From NCBI RefSeq assembly GCF_963921235.1, contig NC_086108.1, positions 8,370,001-8,434,000 on the forward strand: DNA of 64,000 nucleotides. The letters are read 5' to 3'. The DNA comes from Mobula hypostoma (taxonomy: Eukaryota). Under the pieces are notes generated by a model. It saw only the letters and a program-made list of their open reading frames with translations. It was not told where the DNA came from and ran no database searches. The position numbers were made by a program, and so were the translations under genes. Shown piece after piece: positions 13,150 to 23,714 of this stretch (positions are counted from its first letter, which is position 1; each line of letters begins with the position of its first letter).

Positions 13150-14091
13150 TTGCTATTTGAGGTGAGGGCAGTTTGCTGTTCTCGGTGTCGGATGTGGGAG
13201 GCCCTGGAGTCTCCAAGCCTCCCGGACGTCTACATCTGCGCCAAGTGCATCGAGATGCAGCTCCTAAGGGACCGCGTTACGGAACTGGAGCTGCAGCTCG
13301 ATGACCTTCGTCTGGTCAGAGAGAGTGAGGAGGTGATAGAGAGGAGATGCAGGCAGGTGGTCACGCCGGGGCCACGGGAGGCAGACAAGTGGGTCACGGT
13401 TAGGAGGGGGAAGAGGAAAAGTCAGGTAATAGAGAGTACCCCGGTGGCTGTGCCCCTTCACAACAGGTACTCCTGTTTGAGTACTGTTGGGGGGGACAGC
13501 TTACCCGGGGGAAGCAACAGTGGCCGTGCCTCCGGCACAGAGTCTGGCCCTGTAGCTCAGAAGGATAGGGCAAGGAAGAGGAGGGCAGTTGTGATAGGGG
13601 ACTCGATAGTAAGGGGGTCAGATAGGCGATTCTGTGGACGCAGTCCAGAGACCCAGATGGTAGTTTGCTTCCCTGGTGCCAGGGTCCGGGATATTTCTGA
13701 TCGTGTTCAAGATATCCTGAAGTGGGAGGGTGAGGAGCCAGAGGTCGTGGTACATATAGGTACCAATGACATAGGTAGGGAAAGGGATGAGGTCCTGAAA
13801 GGAGAATATAGGGAGCTAGGAAGGGAGTTGAGAAAAAGGACCGCAAAGGTAGTAATCTCGGGATTACTGCCTGTGCCACGCGACAGTGAGAGTAGGAATG
13901 TGATGAGGTGGAGGATAAATGCGTGGCTGAGGGATTGGAGCAGGGGGCAGGGATTCAAGTTTTTGGATCATTGGGACCTCTTTTGGCGCAGGCGTGACCT
14001 GTACAAAAAGGACGGGTTACACTTGAATCCTAGGGGGACCAATATCCTGGCAGGAAGATTAGCGGGGGCTACTGAGGTGACTTTAAACTAG
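13150..14091 (+). CDS. CR1 ORF1p (Zn finger, coiled coil, SGNH/GDSL esterase); likely natural ATG removed by an 18-bp deletion
   Basis: CSRC...CAKC, heptad LRDRVTELELQLDDL, VIGDSIVRG, HIGTND, DGLHLN; copy 2 has an extra GAGAGGGGCATTATGACT containing ATG. Confidence 0.8.
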   Translation: MLFEVRAVCCSRCRMWEALESPSLPDVYICAKCIEMQLLRDRVTELELQLDDLRLVRESEEVIERRCRQVVTPGPREADKWVTVRRGKRKSQVIESTPVAVPLHNRYSCLSTVGGDSLPGGSNSGRASGTESGPVAQKDRARKRRAVVIGDSIVRGSDRRFCGRSPETQMVVCFPGARVRDISDRVQDILKWEGEEPEVVVHIGTNDIGRERDEVLKGEYRELGRELRKRTAKVVISGLLPVPRDSESRNVMRWRINAWLRDWSRGQGFKFLDHWDLFWRRRDLYKKDGLHLNPRGTNILAGRLAGATEVTLN

Positions 14092-14092
14092 A

Positions 14093-17000
14093 ATGGTTGG
14101 GGGGGGTGGGAATCAAATTAAAGAGGCTAGGCGTGAGGAGGTTAGTTCACAACAGGGGGATGGGAACCAGTGCAGAGAGACAGAGGGGTGTAAAGTGAGG
14201 GTAGAAGCAAAAAGTACAAAGGAGAAAAGTAAAAGTGGCAGGCCGACAAATCCAGGGCAAGCATTAAAAAGGGCCACTTTTCAACATAATTGTATAAGGG
14301 CTAAGAGAGTTGTAAAAGAGCGCCTGAAGGCTTTGTGTGTCAATGCAAGGAGCATTCGTAATAAGGTGGATGAATTGAAAGTGCAGATTGTTATTAATGA
14401 TTATGATATAGTTGGGATCACAGAGACATGGCTCCAGGGTGACCAGGGATGGGAGCTCAACGTTCAGGGATATTCAATATTCAGGAGGGATAGACATGAA
14501 GGAAGGGGAGGTGGGGTGGCGTTGCTGGTTAAAGAGGAGATTAACGCAATAGAAAGGAAGGACATAAGCCGGGAAGATGTGGAATCGATATGGGTAGAGC
14601 TGTGTAACACTAAGGGGCAGAAGACGCTGGTGGGAGTTGTGTACAGGCCACCCAACAGTCGTAGTGAGGTTGGGGATGGTATTAAACAGGAAATTAGAAA
14701 TGTGTGCAATAAAGGGACAGCAGTTATAATGGGTGACTTCAATCTACATGTAGATTGGGTGAAGCAAATTGGTAAAGGTGCTGAGGAAGAGGATTTCTTG
14801 GAATGTATGCGGGATGGTTTTTTGAACCAACATGTCGAGGAACCAACTAGAGAGCAGGCTATTCTGGACTGGGTTTTGAGCAATGAGGAAGGGTTAATTA
14901 GCAATCTTGTCGTGAGAGGCCCCTTGGGTAAGAGTGACCATAATATGGTGGAATTCTTCATTAAGATGGAGAGTGACATAGTTAATTCAGAAACAAAGGT
15001 TCTGAACTTAAAGAGGGGTAACTTTGAAGGTATGAGACGTGAATTAGCTAAGATAGACTGGCAAATGACACTTAAAGGATTGACGGTGGATATGCAATGG
15101 CAAGCATTTAAAGGTTGCATGGATGAACTACAACAATTGTTCATCCCAGTTTGGCAAAAGAATAAATCAAGGAAGGTAGTGCACCCATGGCTGACAAGAG
15201 AAATTAGGGATAGTATCAATTCCAAAGAAGAAGCATACAAATTAGCCAGAGAAAGTGGCTCACCTGAGGACTGGGAGAAATTCAGAGTTCAGCAGAGGAG
15301 GACAAAGGGCTTAATTAGGAAGGGGAAAAAAGATTATGAGAGAAAACTGGCAGGGAACATAAAAACTGACTGTAAAAGCTTTTATAGATATGTAAAAAGG
15401 AAAAGACTGGTAAAGACAAATGTAGGTCCCCTGCAGACAGAAACAGGTGAATTGATTATGGGGAGCAAGGACATGGCAGACCAATTGAATAATTACTTTG
15501 GTTCTGTCTTCACTAAGGAGGACATAAATAATCTTCCAGAAATAGTAAGGGACAGAGGGTCCAGTGAGATGGAGGAACTGAGCGAAATACATGTTAATAG
15601 GGAAGTGGTGTTAGGTAAATTGAAGGGATTGAAGGCAGATAAATCCCCAGGGCCAGATGGTCTGCATCCTAGAGTGCTTAAGGAAGTAGCCCAAGAAATA
15701 GTGGATGCATTAGTAATAATTTTTCAAAACTCGTTAGATTCTGGACTAGTTCCTGAAGATTGGAGGGTGGCTAATGTAACTCCACTTTTTAAAAAAGGAG
15801 GGAGAGAGAAACCGGGGAATTATAGACCGGTTAGCCTAACGTCGGTGGTGGGGAAACTGCTGGAGTCAGTTATCAAGGATGTGATAACAGCACATTTGGA
15901 AAGCAGTGAAATGATCGGACAAAGTCAGCATGGATTTGTGAAAGGAAAATCATGTCTGACGAATCTCATAGAATTTTTTGAGGATGTAACTAGTAGAGTG
16001 GATAGGGGAGAACCAGTGGATGTGGTATATTTGGATTTTCAAAAGGCTTTTGACAAGGTCCCACACAGGAGATTAGTGTGCAAACTGAAAGCACACGGTA
16101 TTGGGAGTAAGGTATTGGTGTGGGTGGAGAATTGGTTAGCAGACAGGAAGGAAAGAGTGGGAATAAACGGGACCTTTTCAGAATGGCAGGCGGTGACTAG
16201 TGGGGTACCGCAAGGCTCAGTGCTGGGACCCCAGTTGTTTACAATATATATTAATGACTTGGATGAGGGAATTAAATGCAGCATCTCCAAGTTTCCGGAT
16301 GACACGAAGCTGGGTGGCAGTGTTAGCAGTGAGGAGGATGCTAAGAGGATGCAGGGTGACTTGGATAGGTTGGGTGAGTGCGCAAATTCATGGCAGATGC
16401 AATTTAATGTGGATAAATGTGAAGTTATCCACTTTGGTGGCAATAATAGGAAAACAGATTATTATCTGAATGGTGGCCAATTAGGAAAAGAGGAGGTGCA
16501 ACGAGACCTGGGTGTCATCATACACCAGTCATTGAAAGTGGGCATGCAGGTACAGCAGGCGGTGAAAAAGGCGAATGGTATGCTGGCATTTATAGCAAGA
16601 GGATTCGAGTACAGGAGCAGGGAGGTACTACTGCAGTTGTACAAGGCCTTGGTGAGACCACACCTGGAGTATTGTGTGCAGTTTTGGTCCCCTAATCTGA
16701 GGAAAGACATCTTTGCCATAGAGGGAGTACAAAGAAGGTTCACCAGATTGATTCCTGGGATGGCAGGACTTTCATATGAAGAAAGACTGGATGAATTGGG
16801 CTTGTACTTGTTGGAATTTAGAAGATTGAGGGGGGATCTGATTGAAACGTATAAGATCCTAAAGGGATTGGACAGGCTAGATGCTGGAAGATTGTTCCCA
16901 ATGTTGGGGAAGTCCAGAACGAGGGGTCACAGTTTGAGGATAGAGGGGAAGCCTTTTAGGACCGAGATTAGGAAAAACTTCTTCACACAGAGAGTGGTGA

Positions 17001-17131
17001 ATCTGTGGAATTCTCTGCCACAGGAAACAGTTGAGGCCAGTTCATTGGCTATATTTAAGAGGGAGTTAGATATGGTCCTTGTGGCTACGGGGGTCAGGGG
17101 GTATGGAGGGAAGGCTGGGGCGGGGTTCTGA
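14093..17131 (+). CDS. CR1 ORF2p (APE endonuclease + reverse transcriptase), uninterrupted 1012-aa frame
   Basis: NARS, ITETW, VYRPP, MGDFN, SDHN (EN); NYRPVSL, QHGF, LDFQKAFD, GVPQGSVLGP, FPDD (RT). Confidence 0.9.
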   Translation: MVGGGGNQIKEARREEVSSQQGDGNQCRETEGCKVRVEAKSTKEKSKSGRPTNPGQALKRATFQHNCIRAKRVVKERLKALCVNARSIRNKVDELKVQIVINDYDIVGITETWLQGDQGWELNVQGYSIFRRDRHEGRGGGVALLVKEEINAIERKDISREDVESIWVELCNTKGQKTLVGVVYRPPNSRSEVGDGIKQEIRNVCNKGTAVIMGDFNLHVDWVKQIGKGAEEEDFLECMRDGFLNQHVEEPTREQAILDWVLSNEEGLISNLVVRGPLGKSDHNMVEFFIKMESDIVNSETKVLNLKRGNFEGMRRELAKIDWQMTLKGLTVDMQWQAFKGCMDELQQLFIPVWQKNKSRKVVHPWLTREIRDSINSKEEAYKLARESGSPEDWEKFRVQQRRTKGLIRKGKKDYERKLAGNIKTDCKSFYRYVKRKRLVKTNVGPLQTETGELIMGSKDMADQLNNYFGSVFTKEDINNLPEIVRDRGSSEMEELSEIHVNREVVLGKLKGLKADKSPGPDGLHPRVLKEVAQEIVDALVIIFQNSLDSGLVPEDWRVANVTPLFKKGGREKPGNYRPVSLTSVVGKLLESVIKDVITAHLESSEMIGQSQHGFVKGKSCLTNLIEFFEDVTSRVDRGEPVDVVYLDFQKAFDKVPHRRLVCKLKAHGIGSKVLVWVENWLADRKERVGINGTFSEWQAVTSGVPQGSVLGPQLFTIYINDLDEGIKCSISKFPDDTKLGGSVSSEEDAKRMQGDLDRLGECANSWQMQFNVDKCEVIHFGGNNRKTDYYLNGGQLGKEEVQRDLGVIIHQSLKVGMQVQQAVKKANGMLAFIARGFEYRSREVLLQLYKALVRPHLEYCVQFWSPNLRKDIFAIEGVQRRFTRLIPGMAGLSYEERLDELGLYLLEFRRLRGDLIETYKILKGLDRLDAGRLFPMLGKSRTRGHSLRIEGKPFRTEIRKNFFTQRVVNLWNSLPQETVEASSLAIFKRELDMVLVATGVRGYGGKAGAGF

Positions 17132-17394
17132 GTTGGATGATCAGCCATGATCATAATAAATGGCGGTGCAGGCTCGAAGAGCCGAATGGCCTACTCCTGC
17201 ACCTATTTTCTATGTTTCTATGATTTATTAAGTATGCCTGCAAGAAAATCAACTTCAGGATTGTATATGGTGACATATATGTAATTGATAATAAAATTTA
17301 CTTTGAACTTGATATATAAGCACAGTGCTGTGTATGAATGATAATAAATGATTGGGATTCAGCTGAGTTTCCAGCACACAGACATAGACATAGG

Positions 17395-17660
17395 ACCTCT
17401 CTCCTCTCCCCACTCACCTCTCTTCCCCTTCCTCTCTTCTCTGCATCTCTTCCCCCTCTCCGTTCCCTCTTCTCCCCCACTCCTCTACCCCCTCTCTCCC
17501 CACCCCCTCTTCTACCTACCCCCCTCTCCTCTCCCTCTCCCCTCTCCTTTCCCCTCCCCACTCTCTCCCCTACCCCTCTCCCCAACACCCTACCCTACCC
17601 CCCTCGCTCCCCTATCCTCTCTCCCCTCCACCTCCCCCTCCCCTCCTCTCTCCCTGACTT
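17395..17660 (+). repeat. Polypyrimidine/polypurine low-complexity tract adjoining each CTCF core
   Basis: Almost pure C/T for ~265 bp; variable-length copies lie next to all 10 cores. Confidence 0.9.
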
Positions 17661-17693
17661 TGATCCCCAAACCTGGTAAAGAGCTGCCCCTTG

Positions 17694-17707
17694 GCGCCCT
17701 CTGGTGG
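17694..17707 (-). promoter_or_regulatory. CTCF binding motif (copy 1)
   Basis: Reverse complement CCACCAGAGGGCGC matches the CTCF core consensus CCASYAGRKGGCRS; binding itself not shown. Confidence 0.75.
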
Positions 17708-17739
17708 AGGAAGCAGGAGCCACCTCAGTTCAGAAGCGG

Positions 17740-18120
17740 AATGGTATTTGCAATTTTCCAGCCCCCAGGAACCATTCCAGTGTTCGGTGGTTCTTGAACG
17801 ATCAAGACTAATGCCTCCACTCTCTCTTCTGCTACCTCTTTCAGACCCTGCAGGTGTAGTTCAACTGGTCCAGGTGACTTGTCCACCTTCAGGCTTTTCA
17901 GTTTCCCAACCATTCCTCCTCAGTAACAGTGTGGCACTAACTTCTGCCCCTGACACTCCTGCTTTCCTGGCATTCTGCTGTCTCTCGCAGTGTAGACTGA
18001 TGCAAAAGACTTATTAAGTTCATCCACCATTTCTTTTCCCCCTGTTACTACCTCTCCAGTGTCATTTTTCCAGCGGTCCGATATCCACTCTCGTCTCTCT
18101 TTTACTCTTTATACATCTGA
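17740..18120 (-). mobile_element. Old CR1 ORF2 fragment (EN-RT linker), part of the amplified unit
   Basis: Minus-strand MVGKLKSLKVDKSPGP...LKEVAEERVEALVLI...GMVPGGWKIANTIPL is homologous to CR1 ORF2 KLKGLKADKSPGP...DWRVANVTPL. Confidence 0.8.
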
Positions 18121-18716
18121 GAAAAGTTCAGCAGGGCAGGCAGCATCTATGGAGGGGAATAAACAGTTCACGTTTCGAGCCGACACCCTTCATCAGGACT
18201 GGAAAGGAAGGGGGAAGATGCCTGAAAAAGAAATGAGGGGGTGGGGAGGAGGGCAAACTGGCAGGGGATGGGCGAGAGCAGGTGGGTGGTAAAGAAAGAA
18301 GTCGGGAGGTGACAGGTGGAAGAGGGCAAGGGCTGGAGAAGAAGGAATATGACAGGAAGGGACATGGACCATGGGAGAAAGGGAAGGAGCAGGGAAACCA
18401 AAGGGAGGTGATAGGCAGGTGAGGAGAGCGGGAACCAGAATGGGGAATGGGAAAAAGGGAACAGAGAAATTACCAGAAGTTAGAGAAATCTAATTTAAAC
18501 AGTCTACGCTTTGGAATAGAAAGATTGATGGTTTTATAAACGGGGAAAAAAATAAAATTCTGAGGTGCAGATGGACTTGTGCAGGATTCCCTAAAGGTTA
18601 AATTGCAGGTTGAGTCAGTGGTGAGGACGGCAAATGCAATGTTAGCATTCATTTCAAGAGGAGTAGAATATAAAAGCAAGGATGTAATGCTGAGGTGTTA
18701 CAATACATTGGTGAGG
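18121..18716. repeat. Palindrome spacer (Penelope-like repeat + CR1 RT fragment); copies at 35701-36288 and inverted at ~60740-61337
   Basis: Flanked by inverted arms ...TTTATACATCTGA / TCAGATGTATAAAG... Confidence 0.85.
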
Positions 18717-19129
18717 TCAGATGTATAAAGAGTAAAAGAGAGGCGAGAGTGTATATCGGACCGCTGGAAAAATGACACTGGAGAGGTAGTAACAGGGGGA
18801 AAAGAAATGGTGGATGAACTTAATAAGTCTTTTGCATCAGTCTACACTGCGGGAGACAGCAGAATGCCAGGAAAGCAGGAGTGTCAGGGGCAGAAGTTAG
18901 TGCCGCACTATCACTAAGGAGGAATGGTTGGGAAACTGAAAAGCCTGAAGGTGGACAAGTCACCTGGACCAGTTGAACTACACCTGCAGGGTCTGAAAGA
19001 GGTAGCAGAAGAGAGAGTGCAGACATTAGTCTTGATCGTTCAAGAACCACCGAACACTGGAATGGTTTTTGGGGGCTGGAAAATTGCAAATACCATTCCG
19101 CTTCTGAACTGAGGTGGCTCCTGCTTCCT

Positions 19130-19143
19130 CCACCAGAGGGCGC
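19130..19143 (+). promoter_or_regulatory. CTCF binding motif (copy 2)
   Basis: CCACCAGAGGGCGC. Confidence 0.75.
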
Positions 19144-19480
19144 CAAGGGGCAGCTCTTTACCAGGTTTGGGGAACAAAGTGAGGGAGAGGGGAGGGAAGG
19201 GGGAGGTGGAGGGCAGAGAGGATAGGCGAGCGAAGGGGTAGGGTAGGGTGTAGGGGAGAGGGGTAGAGGAGAGAGTGGGGAGGGGAAAGGAGAGGGGGAG
19301 GAGAGGGGGGTAGGTAGAAGAGGGGGTGGGGAGAGAGGGGGTAGAGGAGAGGGGGAGAAGAGAGAACGGAGAGGGCGAGGAGATGCGGAGTAGAGAGGAA
19401 GGGGAAGAGAGGTGAGTGGGGGGAGGAGAGAGGTCCTATGTCTATGGTTGTGTGCTGGAAACTCAGCTGAATCCCAATCA

Positions 19481-19812
19481 TTTTTTTTCTTTTTATTGAA
19501 TAAGTATACAAAAAGGTAAACCATATAAACATTAATACAATGTTAAAATATAATAAAATTCCAGAAGGTATCAATACCAAAAAAAATACTACAAACAATG
19601 TAATTTAAACATAAAAAACCAAGATAACATAATAGTATACTAAATTTTATATATATATCAATGGAAAAAAAAGAAAAAAAAAACCCCAAAAAAAAACCCA
19701 CCGTGCAACTAACTAAAAGCAAAGCAAAGCAATGGGCTAACTTGAAACCAAACAGAGTTAAACTTAAAATCACGTCCTCAATCCCGACCTCCATTAAAAA
19801 CAGTGAAAAAAA
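19481..19812 (-). mobile_element. 5'-truncated poly(A) retroelement insertion (L1-like 3' UTR), private to this unit copy
   Basis: Minus strand ends AATAAAAAGAAAAAAAA; replaces ~16 bp (TTTATTATCATTGATA) present in the other copies. Confidence 0.55.
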
Positions 19813-21415
19813 ACACAGCACCGTACTGATATATCAAGTTCAAAGTAAATTTTATTATTAGTTACATATATGTCACCATATACAATCCTGAAGTTGATTT
19901 TCTTGCAGGCATACTTAATAAATCAATTGAATAATAACTATAACAGAATCAATGAAAGACCACCCAACTTGGGTGTTTAACCAGAGTACAACAAACTGTG
20001 CAAATTCAAAAAGAAGAAATAATAATGGGTAAATAAGCAAAAAAGACATTGAGAACATGAGATGAAGAATCCTTGAAAGTGAGTCCATTGGTGTGGGAAC
20101 ATTTCAGTGATGGGTGAGTGAAGTTGTCCCCTTTGATTCAGGACCCTGATGGTTGAGGGGTAATAAATGTTCCTGAACCTGGTGGTGTGGGTCCAGAGAC
20201 CCCTGTACCTTCTACCTGATGACAGCAGTGAGAAGAGAGCATGGCCTGGGTGTTGGGGATCTCTGACGATGGATGCTGCTTTCCTACGACAGCGTTTCAT
20301 GTAGATGTGCTCAGTGGTAGGGAGGCAGGGTGCCTAAGACTTTTGCACAGGACTGTATTTGTCAACGTGGAGCAGAGAGTGAGCTTGTAAATCTGACAGG
20401 AGCAAAGGATGTTGGGGATGGTGAGTGTGGAGTGTGGGACAGGAAGGGAGTGCGAGGGGCGAGGGATGGTGCAGGTACAGACACACCCAGCCCTGAGACA
20501 CCAGGCAAGGCCATTTCATTCCAAACAACTGGTTTATTGATCATTACAGTATGTCTCTCTGATGCTTCCTGCTCCCTCCCCTCCCTCCTCTCCACGATTC
20601 CCCTCTCCCTGTCCCCCTCCCACTCTCAGTCATCGTCCATAATAGAGACACATATCAGAATCAGGTTTATCATATGTCATGAATTTGCTCTTTATTTTCC
20701 GGCAGCAGTACAGTGCGATACATAAAATTGCTGTAGTACGCTGCAGAAGTCTTGGGAACCCGGGCTACTGTAGACACCACTGTTGCTGACCATATCAAAG
20801 GTGGTGAAGAGTCAGCATAGAGGAGGGAGATGGAAAATCTGACTCAGTGGAGCCACAACTACAACCTCTCACTCAGTGTCAGCAAGCTGAAGGAGCCGAT
20901 TATAGACTTCGGGAGAAGGAAACCAGAGGTCCCTGAACCAGTCCTCACTGAAAGGTCAGAGCCGGGGTGGGGGGTGATATTAGCAACTTTAAATTCCTCA
21001 GTGTTATTATTTCGGAGAACCCGTCCTGCTCCCAGCATGCAGGGGCAACTACAGAGAAAGCATGGCATCATCTCTCCTTCCTTAGGAGTTTGAAGAGAGT
21101 CAGCATGACATCTAAAACTTTGACAGACTTCTATAGATGTGTAGTGGAGAATGTATTGACGGGCTGCATCATGGCCTGGTATGGACACACCAATGCCTTT
21201 GAATGGAAAATCCTACAATTCCTCTACCCCCTCTCTCCCCACCCCCTCTTCTACCTACCGCTCTCCTCCCCCTCTCCCCTCTCCTTTCCCCTCCCCACTC
21301 TCTCCCCTACCCCTACCCTACCCCCTCGCTCCCCTATCCTTGATCCCCTCCACCTCCCCCTCCCCTCCTCTCTCCCTCACTTTGTTCCCCAAACCTGGTA
21401 AAGAGCTGCCCCTTG

Positions 21416-21429
21416 GCGCCCTCTGGTGG
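21416..21429 (-). promoter_or_regulatory. CTCF binding motif (copy 3)
   Basis: GCGCCCTCTGGTGG on + strand. Confidence 0.75.
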
Positions 21430-22012
21430 AGGAAGCAGGAGCCACCTCAGTTCAGAAGCGGAATGGTATTTGCAATTTTCCAGCCCCCAGGAACCATTCC
21501 AGTGTTTGGTGGTTCTTGAACGATCAAGACTAATGCCTCCACTCTCTCTTCTGCTACCTCTTTCAGACCCTGGAGGTGTAGTTCAACTGGTCCAGGTGAC
21601 TTGTCCACCTTCAGGCTTTTCAGTTTCCCAACCATTCCTCCTTAGTAATTGTGCGGCACTAACTTCTGCCCCTGACACTCCTGCTTTCCTGGCATTCTGC
21701 TGTCTCCCGCAGTGTAGACTGATGCAAAAGACTTATTAAGTTCATCCACCATTTCTTTTCCCCCTGTTACTACCTCTCCAGTGTCATTTTTCCAGCGGTC
21801 CGATATCCACTCTCGCCAGAGGATGGGCATGATTCCCCGCCCCCCTTTTCTTTCTCCCTAGGCCTCCTGTCCCATGATCTTCTCATATCCCCTTTTGCCA
21901 ATCACCTGTCCAGCTCTTGGTTCCATCCCTCCCCCTCCTGTCTTCTCCTATCATTTTGGATCTCCACCTCCCCTTCCCACTTTCAAACCTCTTACTAGTT
22001 CTTCCTTCAGTT

Positions 22013-22048
22013 AGTCCTGACGAAGGGTCTCAGCCCGAAACGTCGACT
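22013..22048 (+). ncRNA. Minimal hammerhead ribozyme (Penelope-like repeat)
   Basis: AGTC-CTGACGA-AGGGTCTCAGCCC-GAAA-CG-TC-GACT with a GUC cleavage triplet. Confidence 0.65.
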
Positions 22049-22156
22049 GTACCTCTTCCTAGAGATGCTGCCTGGACTGCTGCGTTCACCAGCAACTTTG
22101 ATGTGAGTTGAGTGAATTTCCAGCATCTGCAGAATTCCTCGTGTTTATGCTTATCA

Positions 22157-22907
22157 CCCTGGACAACAAAGATTTTGCTTCCTGAATACTTTTGGGTGTT
22201 ATCTTAAAACTCCCTATCACACAGCATTTTTATTAAAAATCACCTATATTTGTTATTTCAATTCATAATTCAAGTCAGAATAACTGATGCCAAGATTAAG
22301 GAAGGCATTTCTGTTGGTTCACAAATCAAACAGGTTATCAATATTAGGCAATTTAAAGAACTTCTAGTGGGACCAGAGAAAATTGCATAGAAGGCATTCA
22401 AGGATGTTGTTGAAAACTTTCTTAGCAACTACAGACATCAAACTACGTGTAGCTGGTTAACATGCTTCAGGCATACAAAACCATGAAGTGCGACATGTCA
22501 CTAAAGATTAATTTTCTGCATTCCCATTTAGACTTCTTCCCTGTAAATGTTGGTGCTGTCAGTGACAAGCATGGTGAAAAACGGACATGGAGAAACGGTA
22601 TCAGGGTGACTGGAATCCATCAATGCTGGCTGATTATTGTTGGACACTTAAGTGAGAAACCTCAGACACTGAGTGCAAATGAAAATCATTGACAAAACAC
22701 TTTTTGCTCGGTTGAAATACTGCAAAGTGTCAGCACTGTTGTGTAATTAAATGCATTATATTCAATAAAAGTTAATTTTTTGTTTCTCCAAATCTCCACA
22801 TGATACAAGTAGTCTGAAATTCTATCTGTGTTCAGCTTCAAGTGGCCTATCATAAACAAAAAATCCTGAGGAAGGGAAACTTTAAAAAAAGAATTTGTTG
22901 TCCAGTG
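22157..22907 (+). mobile_element. Internally deleted Chapaev3-type (CMC) DNA transposon. Copies: 51859-52622(+), 58535-59304(+); partial 44680-45207(+), 48792-49330(-), 55979-56520(-)
   Basis: TIRs CCCTGGACAACAAA / TTTGTTGTCCAGTG; transposase C-terminus DAKIKEGI...MSLKINFLHSHLDFFP..GAVSDEHGERFHQDI..MEKRYQG.W.PSMLADYCWTL; superfamily assigned from recalled motif similarity. Confidence 0.65.
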
Positions 22908-23110
22908 TTGTCAAATATATTAGATACAACCTTGAGATTCATTTTCCAAGCAGCCACAAAACAAAGAAACACAATCCATGAAAACCGCACACAAGAAAGA
23001 CCAACAAACATCCAATGTGCGAATAAAGACCAAATCAAGTAAACAGTAAAAAATAAACAAGTACGACACGTGATATGAATCGTCGGGTTCCCGAAAGCAA
23101 GTACACAGTC

Positions 23111-23253
23111 ACAGAGTCAGTTCAGTGCAGAGTGAGTGACGATGGCTGCAGGCCACAGGTACAGAGTCAGTTCAGTGCAGAGTGAGTGACGATGGTGACA
23201 GGCCACAGGTACAGAGTCAGTTCAGTGCAGAGTGAGTGACGATGGTGACAGGC
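23111..23253 (+). repeat. 50-bp VNTR (ACAGAGTCAGTTCAGTGCAGAGTGAGTGACGATGGTGACAGGCCACAGGT)
   Basis: About 3 copies here, 2 at ~45412, 1 at ~52827 and 5 at ~59508-59775. Confidence 0.9.
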
Positions 23254-23714
23254 ATCCTGTCTGATGTCTGTAGTTGCTAAGAAAGTTTTCAACAACATCC
23301 TTGAAAGTTTTCACAACATCATGCCCGTCCTCTGGGTTCCCCCCTCCCCATTTTCCTTCTCCCTGGGCCTCCTGTCCCATAGTCCTCTCATATCCCTTTT
23401 GACAATCACCTATCCAGATCTTGGCTCCATCCCTCCCCCTCCAGTCTTCTCCTATCATTTTGGATCTCCCACTCCCACTTTCAAATCTCTTACTAGCTCT
23501 TCCTTCAGTTACTCCTGACGAAGGGTCTTAGCCCAAAACGTTGACTGTACCTCTTCCTAGAGATGCTGCCTAGCCTGCTGTGATAAACATACGCTGACTT
23601 TGACTCTGGCGAGCCAGTGTTCAACACCCCTCCCCCAATAATCTAACACCAAACACATCCAACTCCAATTGACTATCCACTGGGGAGGGGCAGCCCTCTT
23701 TCAAAAGAAAATGG

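Larger units (their letters stand above)
12845..17222 (+). mobile_element. Near-full-length CR1 LINE, copy 1
   Basis: 5' UTR, esterase ORF1, EN-RT ORF2, 3' stem-loop GGTGCAGG...CCTGCACC and (TTTCTATG)n tail; interrupts the site CAATT|GATTT that is empty at ~63945. Confidence 0.95.

Noticed and set aside
17321..17360. CACAGTG heptamer in most units, suggesting V(D)J recombination signals
   Set aside because: No ACAAAAACC-like nonamer at 12 or 23 bp spacing on either strand, and no V/D/J coding segments nearby.
17338..17797. Pro/Leu/Ser-rich ORFs
   Set aside because: Artefacts of stop-free polypyrimidine tracts; frames differ between copies.
17691..18017. Repeated ORF MAPSGGGSRSHLSSEAEWYLQF... 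as a multicopy gene
   Set aside because: Starts at TTG, is mostly the antisense of a CR1 ORF2 fragment, and is frameshifted or truncated in some copies.
19155..19172. Possible splice donor CAG|GTTTGG (GTATGG in two copies) just after the CTCF motif
   Set aside because: No convincing acceptor or coding exon; cannot be supported without RNA data.
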